Positions 1-10,001 of a stretch of DNA of 64,000 nt are shown here, piece after piece (position 1 is the stretch's first letter; every line of letters begins with the position of its first letter). This DNA is from an uncultured Vagococcus sp. (lineage in GTDB: Bacteria; Bacillota; Bacilli; Lactobacillales; Vagococcaceae). The stretch spans positions 4,747-68,746 of the forward strand of contig CBCPLQ010000014.1 in NCBI GenBank assembly GCA_965119435.1. Direction: 5' to 3'. The translations under genes and the position numbers were made by a program. A model generated the notes under the pieces. It was not told where the DNA came from. It was given only the letters and a program-made list of their open reading frames with translations, and searched no databases.

Positions 1-104
1 TCATTTCTTTCATAAACTAGCACCTCAGCATCGGGATGCGTAGTAAGAATTTTTTTAACCGCTGACGTTCCAGCATGGGTACAACCAACAACAACAACTT
101 TCAT
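1..104 (-). CDS. nox: NADH oxidase / FAD-dependent pyridine nucleotide-disulfide oxidoreductase, N-terminal part (runs off the window)
   Basis: Manual translation MKVVVVGCTHAGTSAVKKILTTHPDAEVLVYERN, the typical Nox N-terminus (GCTHAG FAD-binding loop); SD gaaagga upstream. Not in the ORF track. Confidence 0.8.
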   Translation of the reverse strand, partial: MKVVVVGCTHAGTSAVKKILTTHPDAEVLVYERN

Positions 105-465
105 TATTAGTCAGTCCTTTCAAAATAATTTAGTCACAATTCATCAGTTTCCCTCTTTACCTATGACAAGTGTAAATATATCAGAGACACGACCAAAGAA
201 CGATTTATTTGCTTGTGAGGACAAATGAAAAAAAGACTATTTTTTGAACGATTATTTTAGGTATTGTGAAATTTCAAACCAATAGAGATAGGTTATGAGT
301 GATATAATGATCAAACATCTAAAAAATATTTTTTTGTGAATTGAAAAAAATATCATAAAAAAATTTTTTTATGATACTTAAATCAGAACAGCTGTAACGC
401 ATATCAATTTCAAAATTTATTTGCTATTATTTAGCCATAGTTAAAACAAGGGGAGTGGGAGACAT

Positions 466-1953
466 ATGACAAAAAATATTGTTGCAGTTACAGCTTGTGC
501 AGCAGGGATTGCTCATACTTATATGGCCGCAGAGTCAATAGAAAGAGCAGCAAAAGAGTTAGGATACAATGTTAAGGTTGAAACAAACGGGGCTATTGGT
601 GCTGAAAATGTTTTAACGCATGAAGATATTGAAAACGCTGACTTAGTATTAATTGCTTCAGATATAAAAATTGATCCAATACGATTTTCAGGTAAGCCAT
701 TATTTGTAACTAAATCTATACCAGCGATTGAAGATGCATCAGCATTAATAGGAAAAGCATTTGAAGAAGCAGAAGTTTTTGGTAAAAAAGGTTCTAAAGT
801 TGGAAAAATTCAAATTGGTAACGACAAAGAAAAAGTAAACTTCTTTACACATATTATGAGTGGTATTTCTTATATGGTTCCAATGGTAATTGCAGCCGGA
901 CTTATTTTAACGATTGCTAATTTGTATGCGTTTCAAAAAGATGATTTAGGTCGTATTGTTGAGTGGGGATTCAATACAGACACTCAAATGGGTCTATTAA
1001 TGTCTAAGTTATTTTACGTAGGACAAGTTGGATTCAAATTAATGATTCCATTGTTTGCCGGTTTTGTTGCAAATTCAATTGCCGACAAACCAGCTATTGC
1101 GCCAGCTATGATTGGTGCCTACTTGGCTAATGATCCTGAATTTCTAGGAACTGAAGCAGGTGGAGGGTTCATTGGTGCGATTATTGTTGCCTTTATAGTA
1201 GGTTACATGGTTAAATACTTGAAAAAAATTAAATGGCCTAAGATTGTAATGCCAATTGTTCCGATTATGATTATTCCGTTCATTGCCACATTAACGATTA
1301 CATTAATTGTTATGTATGTGATTGGAAATCCGATTGCTTTAGGTATGGATGGTATGTATAGTGGATTAACGTCATTGAATGAAAATTATGCAGGAGCTCC
1401 AGTGATCATTGGTGCTATCTGTGGTGCGATGATTGGGTTTGACTTAGGTGGACCAGTAAATAAAACGGCTTTAGTGTTTGGGACAGCTATTTTTACAGAT
1501 ACTTTAACAAAATATGGTATTGAAAATGCGAACTTTGTACCAGGAACAGCAACACAAGCGGCAATCTCAGTTGCGCCATTAGGTGTTTGGTTAGCAACTA
1601 TCTTATTTAAAAAGAAATTTACAAAAGATGAAAAAGTAGCAGCATCAGCAGCCTTTGGTATGGGGATTGTTGGAGTAACTGAGGGTGCAATTCCGTTTGT
1701 TGCTTCAGACCCAATTCGAATGATTTTTGCCAACGTAACTGGTTCTGCTGTTGCTGGTGGTTTAGTTGCTGCAACAGGTTGTAAGTTTTACGGTGGTATA
1801 GGCTCCCCTCTTGGTACCTTCATTGGGTATATTGAACAGCCAATTCCATTTGTTACTTGGATTTTATGTGTATCAGCAGGTATTTTAACAACAGCATTAT
1901 TAATAGGGTTTACGAAACGGACACCCGAAGAAGCACTTGCAGTAGTGGATTAA
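466..1953 (+). CDS. PTS fructose/mannitol-family EIIBC component
   Basis: N-terminal TACAAGIAHTYMAAE (Fru-type IIB active-site Cys) followed by a polytopic IIC (FDLGGPVNK, GVTEGAIPF); SD gggag. Confidence 0.9.
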   Translation: MTKNIVAVTACAAGIAHTYMAAESIERAAKELGYNVKVETNGAIGAENVLTHEDIENADLVLIASDIKIDPIRFSGKPLFVTKSIPAIEDASALIGKAFEEAEVFGKKGSKVGKIQIGNDKEKVNFFTHIMSGISYMVPMVIAAGLILTIANLYAFQKDDLGRIVEWGFNTDTQMGLLMSKLFYVGQVGFKLMIPLFAGFVANSIADKPAIAPAMIGAYLANDPEFLGTEAGGGFIGAIIVAFIVGYMVKYLKKIKWPKIVMPIVPIMIIPFIATLTITLIVMYVIGNPIALGMDGMYSGLTSLNENYAGAPVIIGAICGAMIGFDLGGPVNKTALVFGTAIFTDTLTKYGIENANFVPGTATQAAISVAPLGVWLATILFKKKFTKDEKVAASAAFGMGIVGVTEGAIPFVASDPIRMIFANVTGSAVAGGLVAATGCKFYGGIGSPLGTFIGYIEQPIPFVTWILCVSAGILTTALLIGFTKRTPEEALAVVD

Positions 1954-1981
1954 AAAGATTTGAAAACTAGAGGAGGAAGTT

Positions 1982-2437
1982 ATGATGAACAAAGAAATTT
2001 TTAATGAAGAACACATTTTATTTGATACAACATCAACAACACAAGATGAGGCATTTAAGAGTATTGCGTCTTTTGCTTTTGAAAAAGGCTATGTTTCTGA
2101 TAGGGAAGAATTCTACAATGGCTTGAAAAAAAGAGAAGAAGAAGCGACAACTGGTTTTAAAGATCATATCGCGATTCCTCATAGTAAAAATAAATCAGTT
2201 TTAAAACCAGGAATGTTTTTAGTGAAATTTGCCAACGATATCCCTTGGAATGCCTTAGATCAAAAAGATGTAAAAGTTGGCTTTGCTTTAACCATTCCTG
2301 AAGAGGGAGCTACAGAGCATTTAAAACTATTGAGTTTAATTGCAAGGAAATTAATTGACAACCAATTTAGAGAAGGTATTTTAAATGAAGATGAGCCAAG
2401 TAAAATAGCTGAAATCATTGACGAAATATCATTTTAA
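1982..2437 (+). CDS. PTS fructose-family EIIA component
   Basis: REEEATTGFKDHIAIPH motif of PTS EIIA type 2; SD ggagg. Confidence 0.9.
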   Translation: MMNKEIFNEEHILFDTTSTTQDEAFKSIASFAFEKGYVSDREEFYNGLKKREEEATTGFKDHIAIPHSKNKSVLKPGMFLVKFANDIPWNALDQKDVKVGFALTIPEEGATEHLKLLSLIARKLIDNQFREGILNEDEPSKIAEIIDEISF

Positions 2438-2475
2438 AAAAAGGGGGCTGGGACAATAGTCCTAGTCTCTTTTTT
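2438..2475 (+). terminator. Intercistronic hairpin with T-tract (repeat family member)
   Basis: gggggctgggac-aata-gtcctagtctc followed by tttttt. Confidence 0.65.
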
Positions 2476-2498
2476 CAATAGACGGGGAGATATATTAT

Positions 2499-5111
2499 AT
2501 GAAGAAAAAAGTACATGTTATTCATCACACTCACTGGGATTTTGAATGGTATTTTACTAATCATGAATCTTTTGTTCAGCTATCGTATCATATGGATGAG
2601 GTAATGAGTGCTTTAGAGAACAATCAAATTGATTTTTATTTGCTAGACGGTCAATTGAGTATTGTAGATGAGTATTTACAAAGTCATTCAGAACAAAAAA
2701 TACGTTTAACAGAACTTGTAAAAGCGAAAAAACTATTTATAGGGCCTTGGTATACTCAAACAGACGAGTTAATTGTTGCTGGGGAATCCATTGTTCGAAA
2801 CCTTGATTTAGGCATTTCAATTGCGGAAGAACTAGGTGGTTATTTTAAAGCAGGGTATTTACCAGATTCGTTTGGACAGGGAAAAGACATGCCAAAAATT
2901 TATAATGGATTTGGACTTGATAAGACAGTCTTTTGGCGTGGTGTGCCTAATGATGTGACAGAAGATAGAGAGTTTATGTGGCAAAGTGAAGACGGCTCTA
3001 AAGTAATGGCCTCTAATATCAAAAATGGATACTTTGTAGGTGTGGGGTTGATTTATAGTGATGAATCCCAAGATTTAATGGATGTTATTGAAGAAGGAGC
3101 TACCTCTGATCAACTGGTTTTACCTGTTGGAGGAGATCAACGTTACATAGACTTTGACTTAAGAGAACGTATCTCACTTTATAATGATCAATTAGAAGAT
3201 TATGAATTAGTTGAGAGTAACTATGATTTGTTTTTTGATACGATAAAAGAAGATAGTTTAAAAACGGTTGAAGGAGAGTTTATTTCTAGCTCGGTTTCTA
3301 AGATTCATCGTTCTATTTACTCTTCTCGTTATGATCATAAATACATGAACGACAAAATTGAACGCCGTATGATTTACCAATTAGAACCATTAATGGTAAT
3401 GGCAGAAACTCAAGGGATTCCATATAAACAAGGCTTACTAGATAGAATTTGGAAATTATTAAGTAAAAATCAAGCTCACGATAGTGCAGGTGGGTGTAAC
3501 AGTGATAAAACGAATAAAATCATTATGGAAAGGTTCATTGAAGCCGATCAGTTGTCTTATTCGGCAGTAGATTATCTTACGAGAAAAATAGCAGAATCAA
3601 GAAAAAAAAGCGAAGAAAATGATCTGATTTTCTTTAATACCTTACCTTTTAAAAGAAAAGAACTAGTGAAATGCCAAGTATCATTGCCAAGTAACTCCTT
3701 TGAGCTATATTCAAATGGGGGAAAAGTAGATTATCAATTAATTAGTACAAGAAAAGAAAATTCAGGATCAATCAGAAGAAATCCTGATGAAATGGATCCT
3801 GAGAAGTTTTATTATATTCATGATTTATTAGTTGAAGTTGAGTTACCGTCACTAAACTTTACTGAGATTCAAGTGCTTGAAAAAGAGCAAGCGGAAATAG
3901 TTTCTAATGAAGCTAAAACTCACCGAATTGAAAACGACTATTATTCTGTTTCTTTTTCAGATGGCAATCTTCATTTAACTAATAAAGAAACAGAAGAAAA
4001 ATATACAGACTTTTTAACAATTGAAGACAGTGGCGATGAAGGAGATACTTATGACTATTCTCCACCCTATGAAGATCAAATTATTTCTTTAAACTTTAAA
4101 GGTGCCGAGGTTCTTGTAACTAACGGCTTACTACGAAATGAGATGAAACTATCAGGTGAATGGTTACTGTCTAAAGATTTAGACGAAAGAAGTAACAAAA
4201 TCCAAAGCGTAACTGTTTCTTATGAGCTAACTCTTTCATTGGATAGTAAAAACAATATGTTAGATTGTCACTTAACGATTGATAATCAAGCATTAGATCA
4301 TAGAATGCGAGCAGTTATTGATACTAAGGTAGCTAGCAAACAGTCCTTGACTAATACACCTTTTGGTTGTGTTAAAAGAGAAGTTGTGGATTCTCATATA
4401 ACTGATTGGAAAGAGTTAGGTTGGAGAGAAGAACCAACAACCATCTTCCCGATGTTAAATTATGTCAACTTACACAATGAAACAACTAGTGTAACGTGTT
4501 TTGCTAAAGGAATTAAAGAATATCAAATTGTTGGTCAAGACTATGAAAAAATAGCATTGACACTTTTTAGGTCAGTCGGATTTTTAGGAAGACCAGATTT
4601 AATTCGTAGACCAGGAATAGCTTCAGGTAATGAATTTAAATATGTTCCTACACCAGATAGTCAACTACTAGAAAAATTAACCTTTAAATTTATGATTCAA
4701 TTAGATAATCAATTTGATGAAGTCAAGGTAATGAAGGATTTTCAAAAAAGTGTTGTCTCTGTTCCCTTTTATCAAATACAAGAGATGAATCGTTTTACAA
4801 CTACTTTGAAATACTTTGTATCTAATCCACTAGAAACAAAAACTGCTCCTAAAGAATTAGTTGAAATTATTAGTGAAACAGTAGTTTTCAGTTCATTAAG
4901 AAAATCTAGATCAGAGACGGGCATTGAAGTAAGAGTATTTAATCCAAGTTTGGATAAATCTTGTAATGGAGGAAACATAGAGAGTTCTGAAAAAATGAGC
5001 TATCAACTAGTCAATTTAAAAGGTGACGCTTTAACTTCTGTTAATAATAGTGATAAGATAGAATTAGGAGACTTTAAGCCAGGTGAAATAAAAACACTTA
5101 GACTATTTTAG
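2499..5111 (+). CDS. GH38 alpha-mannosidase, MngB-like (phospho-alpha-mannosidase candidate)
   Basis: HTHWDFEWY Zn motif, LLDGQ, IGPWYTQTD, YLPDSFG nucleophile region, QAHDS; 870 aa. Confidence 0.9.
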   Translation: MKKKVHVIHHTHWDFEWYFTNHESFVQLSYHMDEVMSALENNQIDFYLLDGQLSIVDEYLQSHSEQKIRLTELVKAKKLFIGPWYTQTDELIVAGESIVRNLDLGISIAEELGGYFKAGYLPDSFGQGKDMPKIYNGFGLDKTVFWRGVPNDVTEDREFMWQSEDGSKVMASNIKNGYFVGVGLIYSDESQDLMDVIEEGATSDQLVLPVGGDQRYIDFDLRERISLYNDQLEDYELVESNYDLFFDTIKEDSLKTVEGEFISSSVSKIHRSIYSSRYDHKYMNDKIERRMIYQLEPLMVMAETQGIPYKQGLLDRIWKLLSKNQAHDSAGGCNSDKTNKIIMERFIEADQLSYSAVDYLTRKIAESRKKSEENDLIFFNTLPFKRKELVKCQVSLPSNSFELYSNGGKVDYQLISTRKENSGSIRRNPDEMDPEKFYYIHDLLVEVELPSLNFTEIQVLEKEQAEIVSNEAKTHRIENDYYSVSFSDGNLHLTNKETEEKYTDFLTIEDSGDEGDTYDYSPPYEDQIISLNFKGAEVLVTNGLLRNEMKLSGEWLLSKDLDERSNKIQSVTVSYELTLSLDSKNNMLDCHLTIDNQALDHRMRAVIDTKVASKQSLTNTPFGCVKREVVDSHITDWKELGWREEPTTIFPMLNYVNLHNETTSVTCFAKGIKEYQIVGQDYEKIALTLFRSVGFLGRPDLIRRPGIASGNEFKYVPTPDSQLLEKLTFKFMIQLDNQFDEVKVMKDFQKSVVSVPFYQIQEMNRFTTTLKYFVSNPLETKTAPKELVEIISETVVFSSLRKSRSETGIEVRVFNPSLDKSCNGGNIESSEKMSYQLVNLKGDALTSVNNSDKIELGDFKPGEIKTLRLF

Positions 5112-5123
5112 GATGTGAAAATC

Positions 5124-5915
5124 ATGCAAGAAGATATATTTTTATTGATTGAGTCCCATCGTTTAGAATTTACAGACGTAGAGCAAGTGGTAGCTAATTA
5201 TTTTTTAAGTAAAAAAGAACCGTTAACAATTGATAAATTGTCTAAAATATTATCAGTCTCCAAAGCATCTATTACACGATTTTGTAAGAAAATTGGTTTA
5301 AACAACTATAAAGAACTTATCTTTTTATACAACTTGTCTATGAGAAAAGGGACAGATGAAAAATTAGCTTCAACAGCGGTTACAAGCCTTTATCATGCTC
5401 TAGCAACGAGAAGTTCTGCTAACTTTGATGAAGAAAGCGTGGATAAATTCTGTCATTTAATTCATGAACATAAAATTATTCACTTTTTAGGAATGGGATT
5501 TAATTCCTACGCAGGAGCAGATTTTCAATTTAAATTTTCAAGGTTAGGCAAGTATGTCAGAGTTATCTCAGATCAAAACTCAATTAAACTATCAGCTGAG
5601 TTTGCAGAAAAAGATGAGTTAATTGTCGCTTGTAGTTTAAGGGGAATTGATGAGTCCATGTCCAAAGCTTTAGCCATTGCAAAAGAAAGGCATATTCCAG
5701 TTTTACTAATTACAGCTAATCAACAGTCACCACTCAAACAATTTGCTGAGGTGACCTTACTTGCTGCAACACTAACTCAGGAAGAGTCACTTGGTAATAT
5801 CTCACCACAAATTCCTATCTTAATTCAACAAGATATTGTTTATGAAAGATATATCCATCTCTATTCTGACTCTGTTCAAAAATGGTTACAAGCAGAGGCG
5901 ATACTAACCCAGTAA
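5124..5915 (+). CDS. MurR/RpiR-family transcriptional regulator
   Basis: HTH with VSKASITRFCKKIG plus SIS domain; ATG 5124 chosen over GTG 5115. Confidence 0.85.
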   Translation: MQEDIFLLIESHRLEFTDVEQVVANYFLSKKEPLTIDKLSKILSVSKASITRFCKKIGLNNYKELIFLYNLSMRKGTDEKLASTAVTSLYHALATRSSANFDEESVDKFCHLIHEHKIIHFLGMGFNSYAGADFQFKFSRLGKYVRVISDQNSIKLSAEFAEKDELIVACSLRGIDESMSKALAIAKERHIPVLLITANQQSPLKQFAEVTLLAATLTQEESLGNISPQIPILIQQDIVYERYIHLYSDSVQKWLQAEAILTQ

Positions 5916-5936
5916 ACAACTAAAGGAGCTATTAAT

Positions 5937-7310
5937 ATGTTAAAATTTCCAACTAATTTTTTATGGGGTGCAGCAGCGTCTGCTCCTCAAACAGAAGGAC
6001 ACGCATTACTAAGTGGTAAAAGTGCTACTACTTGGGATAAGTGGATTGAGTTAAACCCTGAGAAATTTAATAGTGGACAAGGTCCAAAAGATACATCAAA
6101 CGTCTACGATCTTTATGCCGATGATATTAAGCGCATGAAAGATATTGGCATGAACTCTTATCGGACGTCGATATCTTGGGCTAGACTCTTACCAGATGGG
6201 AAAACAGTTAATGAGGAAGCCGTTATTTTTTATCGTGATTATTTTGAAAAATTAAACGAAGCAGGTATAAAACCCATTATTAATTTATTCCACTTTGATA
6301 TGCCGTGGTGGTTAATGGAAAAAGGGGGCTGGGAAACTAGAGAGTCTGTTGAGGCATTTGCTTTTTATGCTAAAACTACTTTTGAATTATTTGGGGATCT
6401 AGTCGAAGAATGGACTACTTTTAATGAGCCTCTAGTTCATATTGAGTGTGGTTATTTATATGGTTTCCATTACCCAGCCATTGTTGATTTTAAAAAAGCT
6501 ATTCAAGTTGGTTACCATACATTGTTGGCTCATATTCTTTCTGTGAAAACCTTTAAGGAAGCCAATGTTAAAGGGCGTATCGGTATTATTTTAAATGTCA
6601 CACCAACCTATGCTCGGAGTGATTCTAAGGAAGATCTAGAGGCAAAGGAAGCTGCTGATTTACTTGTGATTAAGAGTTTCTTAGATCCTTGTGTGTTAGG
6701 TAAAGTGCCTCAAGCTTTAGTTGACTTACTGAAGGAACATAACCTAATACCTGTGACTGAAGTAGAGGATAAATTATTAATCAAGGAAAATCCAGTTGAT
6801 TTCATAGGAATTAACTATTATCAGCCAATGCGCGTCCAAGCGCCAGAGATTAAACAAGTACCAGCTTTAGCAACATCAGATTTGTTTGCTTCTTATGATT
6901 GGCCAGAAAAAAGAATTAACCCTTATCGTGGCTGGGAAATTTATCCCGAAGCGCTTTATGATGTCTCTATTATGATGAAAGAAGATTATCATAATATTCC
7001 GTGGTATGTTTCTGAAAATGGAATGGGAGTAGCAGATGAAGAGCGTTTCATGGATGAGTCTGGGATGATTCAGGATGATTACCGAATTGAATTTATGGAA
7101 GAACATTTAACACAATTGTACAAAGGAATTGAGGCGGGGAGTAACTGTTTTGGTTATCATACGTGGACTTTTGTCGATTGTTGGTCATGGTTAAATGGTT
7201 ATCGTAATCGTTATGGCTTTTACCGTGTTGATTTAGAAAATAATTTTAAACGAACGATGAAAAAAAGTGGTATTTGGTACAAAGAGTTAAGTCAAAATAA
7301 CGGATTTTAA
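5937..7310 (+). CDS. GH1 6-phospho-beta-glycosidase (GmuD/BglA-like)
   Basis: FLWGAAASAPQTEG start, TFNEP acid/base and VSENG nucleophile motifs. Confidence 0.9.
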   Translation: MLKFPTNFLWGAAASAPQTEGHALLSGKSATTWDKWIELNPEKFNSGQGPKDTSNVYDLYADDIKRMKDIGMNSYRTSISWARLLPDGKTVNEEAVIFYRDYFEKLNEAGIKPIINLFHFDMPWWLMEKGGWETRESVEAFAFYAKTTFELFGDLVEEWTTFNEPLVHIECGYLYGFHYPAIVDFKKAIQVGYHTLLAHILSVKTFKEANVKGRIGIILNVTPTYARSDSKEDLEAKEAADLLVIKSFLDPCVLGKVPQALVDLLKEHNLIPVTEVEDKLLIKENPVDFIGINYYQPMRVQAPEIKQVPALATSDLFASYDWPEKRINPYRGWEIYPEALYDVSIMMKEDYHNIPWYVSENGMGVADEERFMDESGMIQDDYRIEFMEEHLTQLYKGIEAGSNCFGYHTWTFVDCWSWLNGYRNRYGFYRVDLENNFKRTMKKSGIWYKELSQNNGF

Positions 7311-7328
7311 CATGAAAGAGGTAAAACA

Positions 7329-8195
7329 ATGGGATTAGTTGTCTTTGACATAGGTGGAACAGCAGTAAAACATGGCTTTTGGTCAGAGGAAACACTAACT
7401 GATCAAGGACAGTTTCAGACACCTCAAACATTTGCAGAAATGAAAGAAGAAATGTTAAAAGTTGTCTCAACTCATCAAGATGAGCAAATTGAAGGAATCG
7501 CAATTAGTTCTCCTGGAGCAGTGAATGTGAAGGAAAGACGCATTGATGGATTAAGTGCTGTTTCTTATCTACATGACTATCCCATATTTGATGAGCTGGA
7601 GAACTTATTTGAGCTACCAGTTACAATTGAAAATGATGCCAACTGTGCAGGTATTGCTGAAATTGAACTAGGGGCAGGAAAAGAGAAGGAACATGTTGTT
7701 TTTCTAGTGTTAGGTACTGGTGTGGGCGGTTCTATTTTTATCAACCGCAAGCTTTACAAAGGGGCCCACTTATTTGGTGGTGAGTTTGGACTCCTTGTTA
7801 GTGCATCAGATAAACCGTTGAGTAATGTGGGATCAATTGTAAAAGTAGCTAATAAATACGAAGCTGAAACTGGAAAAAAAGTAGATGGTAAACTAATATT
7901 TGACCTTCTTGAAGCTCAGGACTCTTTAGCTGTGGAGTTAGTCGACGAGATGTATTGGGCAATTGCCCATGCACTCTATAATGTCCAAGTATCCATTGAC
8001 CCAGAACTGATAATTATTGGTGGAGGAGTCTCTAAGCGAAATGAAGTTTCAGAGGAAATTGGTAAGAGGTTGAAAGAACTTCTTGATAAACGATCAGTAC
8101 CGGACATCATGCCAGATATTTCAACTTGTCACTTTTCAAATGATGCTAATTTAATCGGAGCAGCTATGAATTTTACTAGTTTACAAAATAAATAA
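7329..8195 (+). CDS. ROK-family sugar kinase without the Cys-Zn motif (BglK-like)
   Basis: FDIGGT, ENDANCA, GTGVGG and GEFG motifs; no CxCGxxGC after GEFG. Confidence 0.85.
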   Translation: MGLVVFDIGGTAVKHGFWSEETLTDQGQFQTPQTFAEMKEEMLKVVSTHQDEQIEGIAISSPGAVNVKERRIDGLSAVSYLHDYPIFDELENLFELPVTIENDANCAGIAEIELGAGKEKEHVVFLVLGTGVGGSIFINRKLYKGAHLFGGEFGLLVSASDKPLSNVGSIVKVANKYEAETGKKVDGKLIFDLLEAQDSLAVELVDEMYWAIAHALYNVQVSIDPELIIIGGGVSKRNEVSEEIGKRLKELLDKRSVPDIMPDISTCHFSNDANLIGAAMNFTSLQNK

Positions 8196-8200
8196 AAAAG

Positions 8201-8240
8201 AAAGCATTCAAGAAGTGAAAATCTTTCTTGAATGCTTTTT
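8201..8240. terminator. Bidirectional intrinsic terminator
   Basis: aaagcattcaagaa / ttcttgaatgcttt inverted repeat between convergent genes. Confidence 0.8.
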
Positions 8241-8245
8241 ATCAT

Positions 8246-9247
8246 TTAATTAGTTAGTATATTGTACTCAGTTCTATAGGTCTTAGTTACCCCTGTTTGC
8301 AAGTCAATATTACCCCACTTTGGGTGATTAACGATATCTGGTAATTCTTGGGTTTCAATCGCAAGGCCTAGTTCGGAGGACATGTTTTGACCATTTACTT
8401 TAAAGTTATCATTGAATCCTGTTGTCGAAAATAGAACAACAGCATCTCTATCAGAGGAAATCCTTAAGGTTCGCCCACTAGTAGGTTCGTATAAAATCAC
8501 TTGAGGATTTTCTTTTTTTAATAAATAAGCATCATCAATTCCGTTTTCTATCTGAGATAGAGAGTCACCTATTTTTTTAGAGGTGGAAAAGTCATATCCA
8601 GTACCTTCTAATGAAGTAATTTTACCTGTAGGAATATTATCCATATCAGTTTCAATTTTTTCCTGACTATTAATGAAAAGTTCATGATTTTTAATCTTTT
8701 CTTTTGCATTACCTGAAAGATTAAAATAAACATGATTTGTTGGGTTAACAATAGTCGCTGCTTCAGAGACTACACTGGTTGTCATGACAACAGATTCTGT
8801 CGTTAACTCATATGTATTAATTACGTGAATTGGCCCAGGGTAGCCAGATTTTGTGTCAGTTAATGAAAAGATAACTTTAACCGAATCGGAGGTTTCTTCA
8901 AGCGAATAATCCCAAAATTGGCACCACCAGCCCTGACTACCACCATGAATATGATGATCGCCATTATTTTTTTCTAAGGGAATCCCATTCCACTTTGCAT
9001 CTTTAATTCGGCCAGCTACAGGTCCAACTAAAGCGCCAAATTGAGCAGGGTCTTTTAAAATACTTTCAGGTGTATCAAGAGAGAGTAAAATATTTTCTTT
9101 CAACCCTTTCTTATCTGGGACAATAAAATTATGCCATCTTGCTCCAAAGTTAAGAAAAGTTGCTTGGAGGTTTCCATTTTCTAAAGTAATGTAGTCAATG
9201 TTTGTTTTACTATCTTTTTGAATGGAGTAGGTCATTTTATTTTTCAT
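8246..9247 (-). CDS. galM: Aldose 1-epimerase (mutarotase) of the maltose operon
   Basis: [23 protein letters not shown] and LAIETQ motifs. Confidence 0.9.
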   Translation of the reverse strand: MKNKMTYSIQKDSKTNIDYITLENGNLQATFLNFGARWHNFIVPDKKGLKENILLSLDTPESILKDPAQFGALVGPVAGRIKDAKWNGIPLEKNNGDHHIHGGSQGWWCQFWDYSLEETSDSVKVIFSLTDTKSGYPGPIHVINTYELTTESVVMTTSVVSEAATIVNPTNHVYFNLSGNAKEKIKNHELFINSQEKIETDMDNIPTGKITSLEGTGYDFSTSKKIGDSLSQIENGIDDAYLLKKENPQVILYEPTSGRTLRISSDRDAVVLFSTTGFNDNFKVNGQNMSSELGLAIETQELPDIVNHPKWGNIDLQTGVTKTYRTEYNILTN

Positions 9248-9899
9248 TCCAAACAGAAGTAAGGTAAGTTAAAGAGAGATGACTTGTATCAGGAACAATG
9301 GCAATATCATGCCCCAAGTCATCCTTTTCACCCACACCAACAGGAAGAGCGCCACTGGCTTTAATAGCTGTTATACCAGCTTTTGCATCCTCTACACCGA
9401 TTGCTTCTTTAATTGAAATATTCACCGCTTTAGCAGCTGCTAAGAAAATATCGGGAGCTGGTTTTCCAGCAGCTAAAGATGCTGGATCAACGATCGCATC
9501 GAAGAAATGACTAATTTCCATCTTATCTAATAAAAGGGGACCATTCTTACTAGCAGATGCTAAGGCAATACGGATATCCGCCGCTTTTAATTCTTCTAAT
9601 AATTCTAAAATCCCAGGGTAGATATCTTTAGGTGAGATAGCTTGAATCATCTCTACATAGTTTTTATTTTTTTCTTTCGCAAGTTCAGCAAATTTTTCAG
9701 CACTAATCTCACTAGATTTATGCCCATGTTCTAAAATTAACGTTAATGAATCTTCACGACTAACGCCTTTTAATTTTTCGTTAAACTCGCGGTCAATCTC
9801 AATGCCTAAATCATCAGCTAATTTTTTCCACGCTAAGAAATGGTACTCAGCTGTGTCTGTAATAACACCATCTAAATCAAATAAAACACCTTTGAACAT
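9237..9899 (-). CDS. pgmB: Beta-phosphoglucomutase
   Basis: HAD motif [27 protein letters not shown]; located next to a GH65 gene. Confidence 0.95.
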   Translation of the reverse strand: MFKGVLFDLDGVITDTAEYHFLAWKKLADDLGIEIDREFNEKLKGVSREDSLTLILEHGHKSSEISAEKFAELAKEKNKNYVEMIQAISPKDIYPGILELLEELKAADIRIALASASKNGPLLLDKMEISHFFDAIVDPASLAAGKPAPDIFLAAAKAVNISIKEAIGVEDAKAGITAIKASGALPVGVGEKDDLGHDIAIVPDTSHLSLTYLTSVWNEK

Positions 9900-10001
9900 T
9901 GTAAAACTTCCTTTCTATTTTCAAAAATGAGAGTGGACTTATCTGTCACACTCTCGAGTTATTATTAGTTTAAGATAAAAAATTATGTTTGTCTAGACAA
10001 G

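Noticed and set aside
225-260. 11-codon ORF MKKRLFFERLF with a gagga SD-like sequence
   Set aside because: Too short, with no attenuator structure; expected by chance in AT-rich DNA.
122-351. Rex half-sites (TTGTGAA at 264 and 334, TCACAA at 134) upstream of nox
   Set aside because: None forms a full 18-bp palindrome.
393-406. cre-like TGTAACGCATATCA before the PTS operon
   Set aside because: The central CG is inverted to GC, so it cannot be called a CcpA site.
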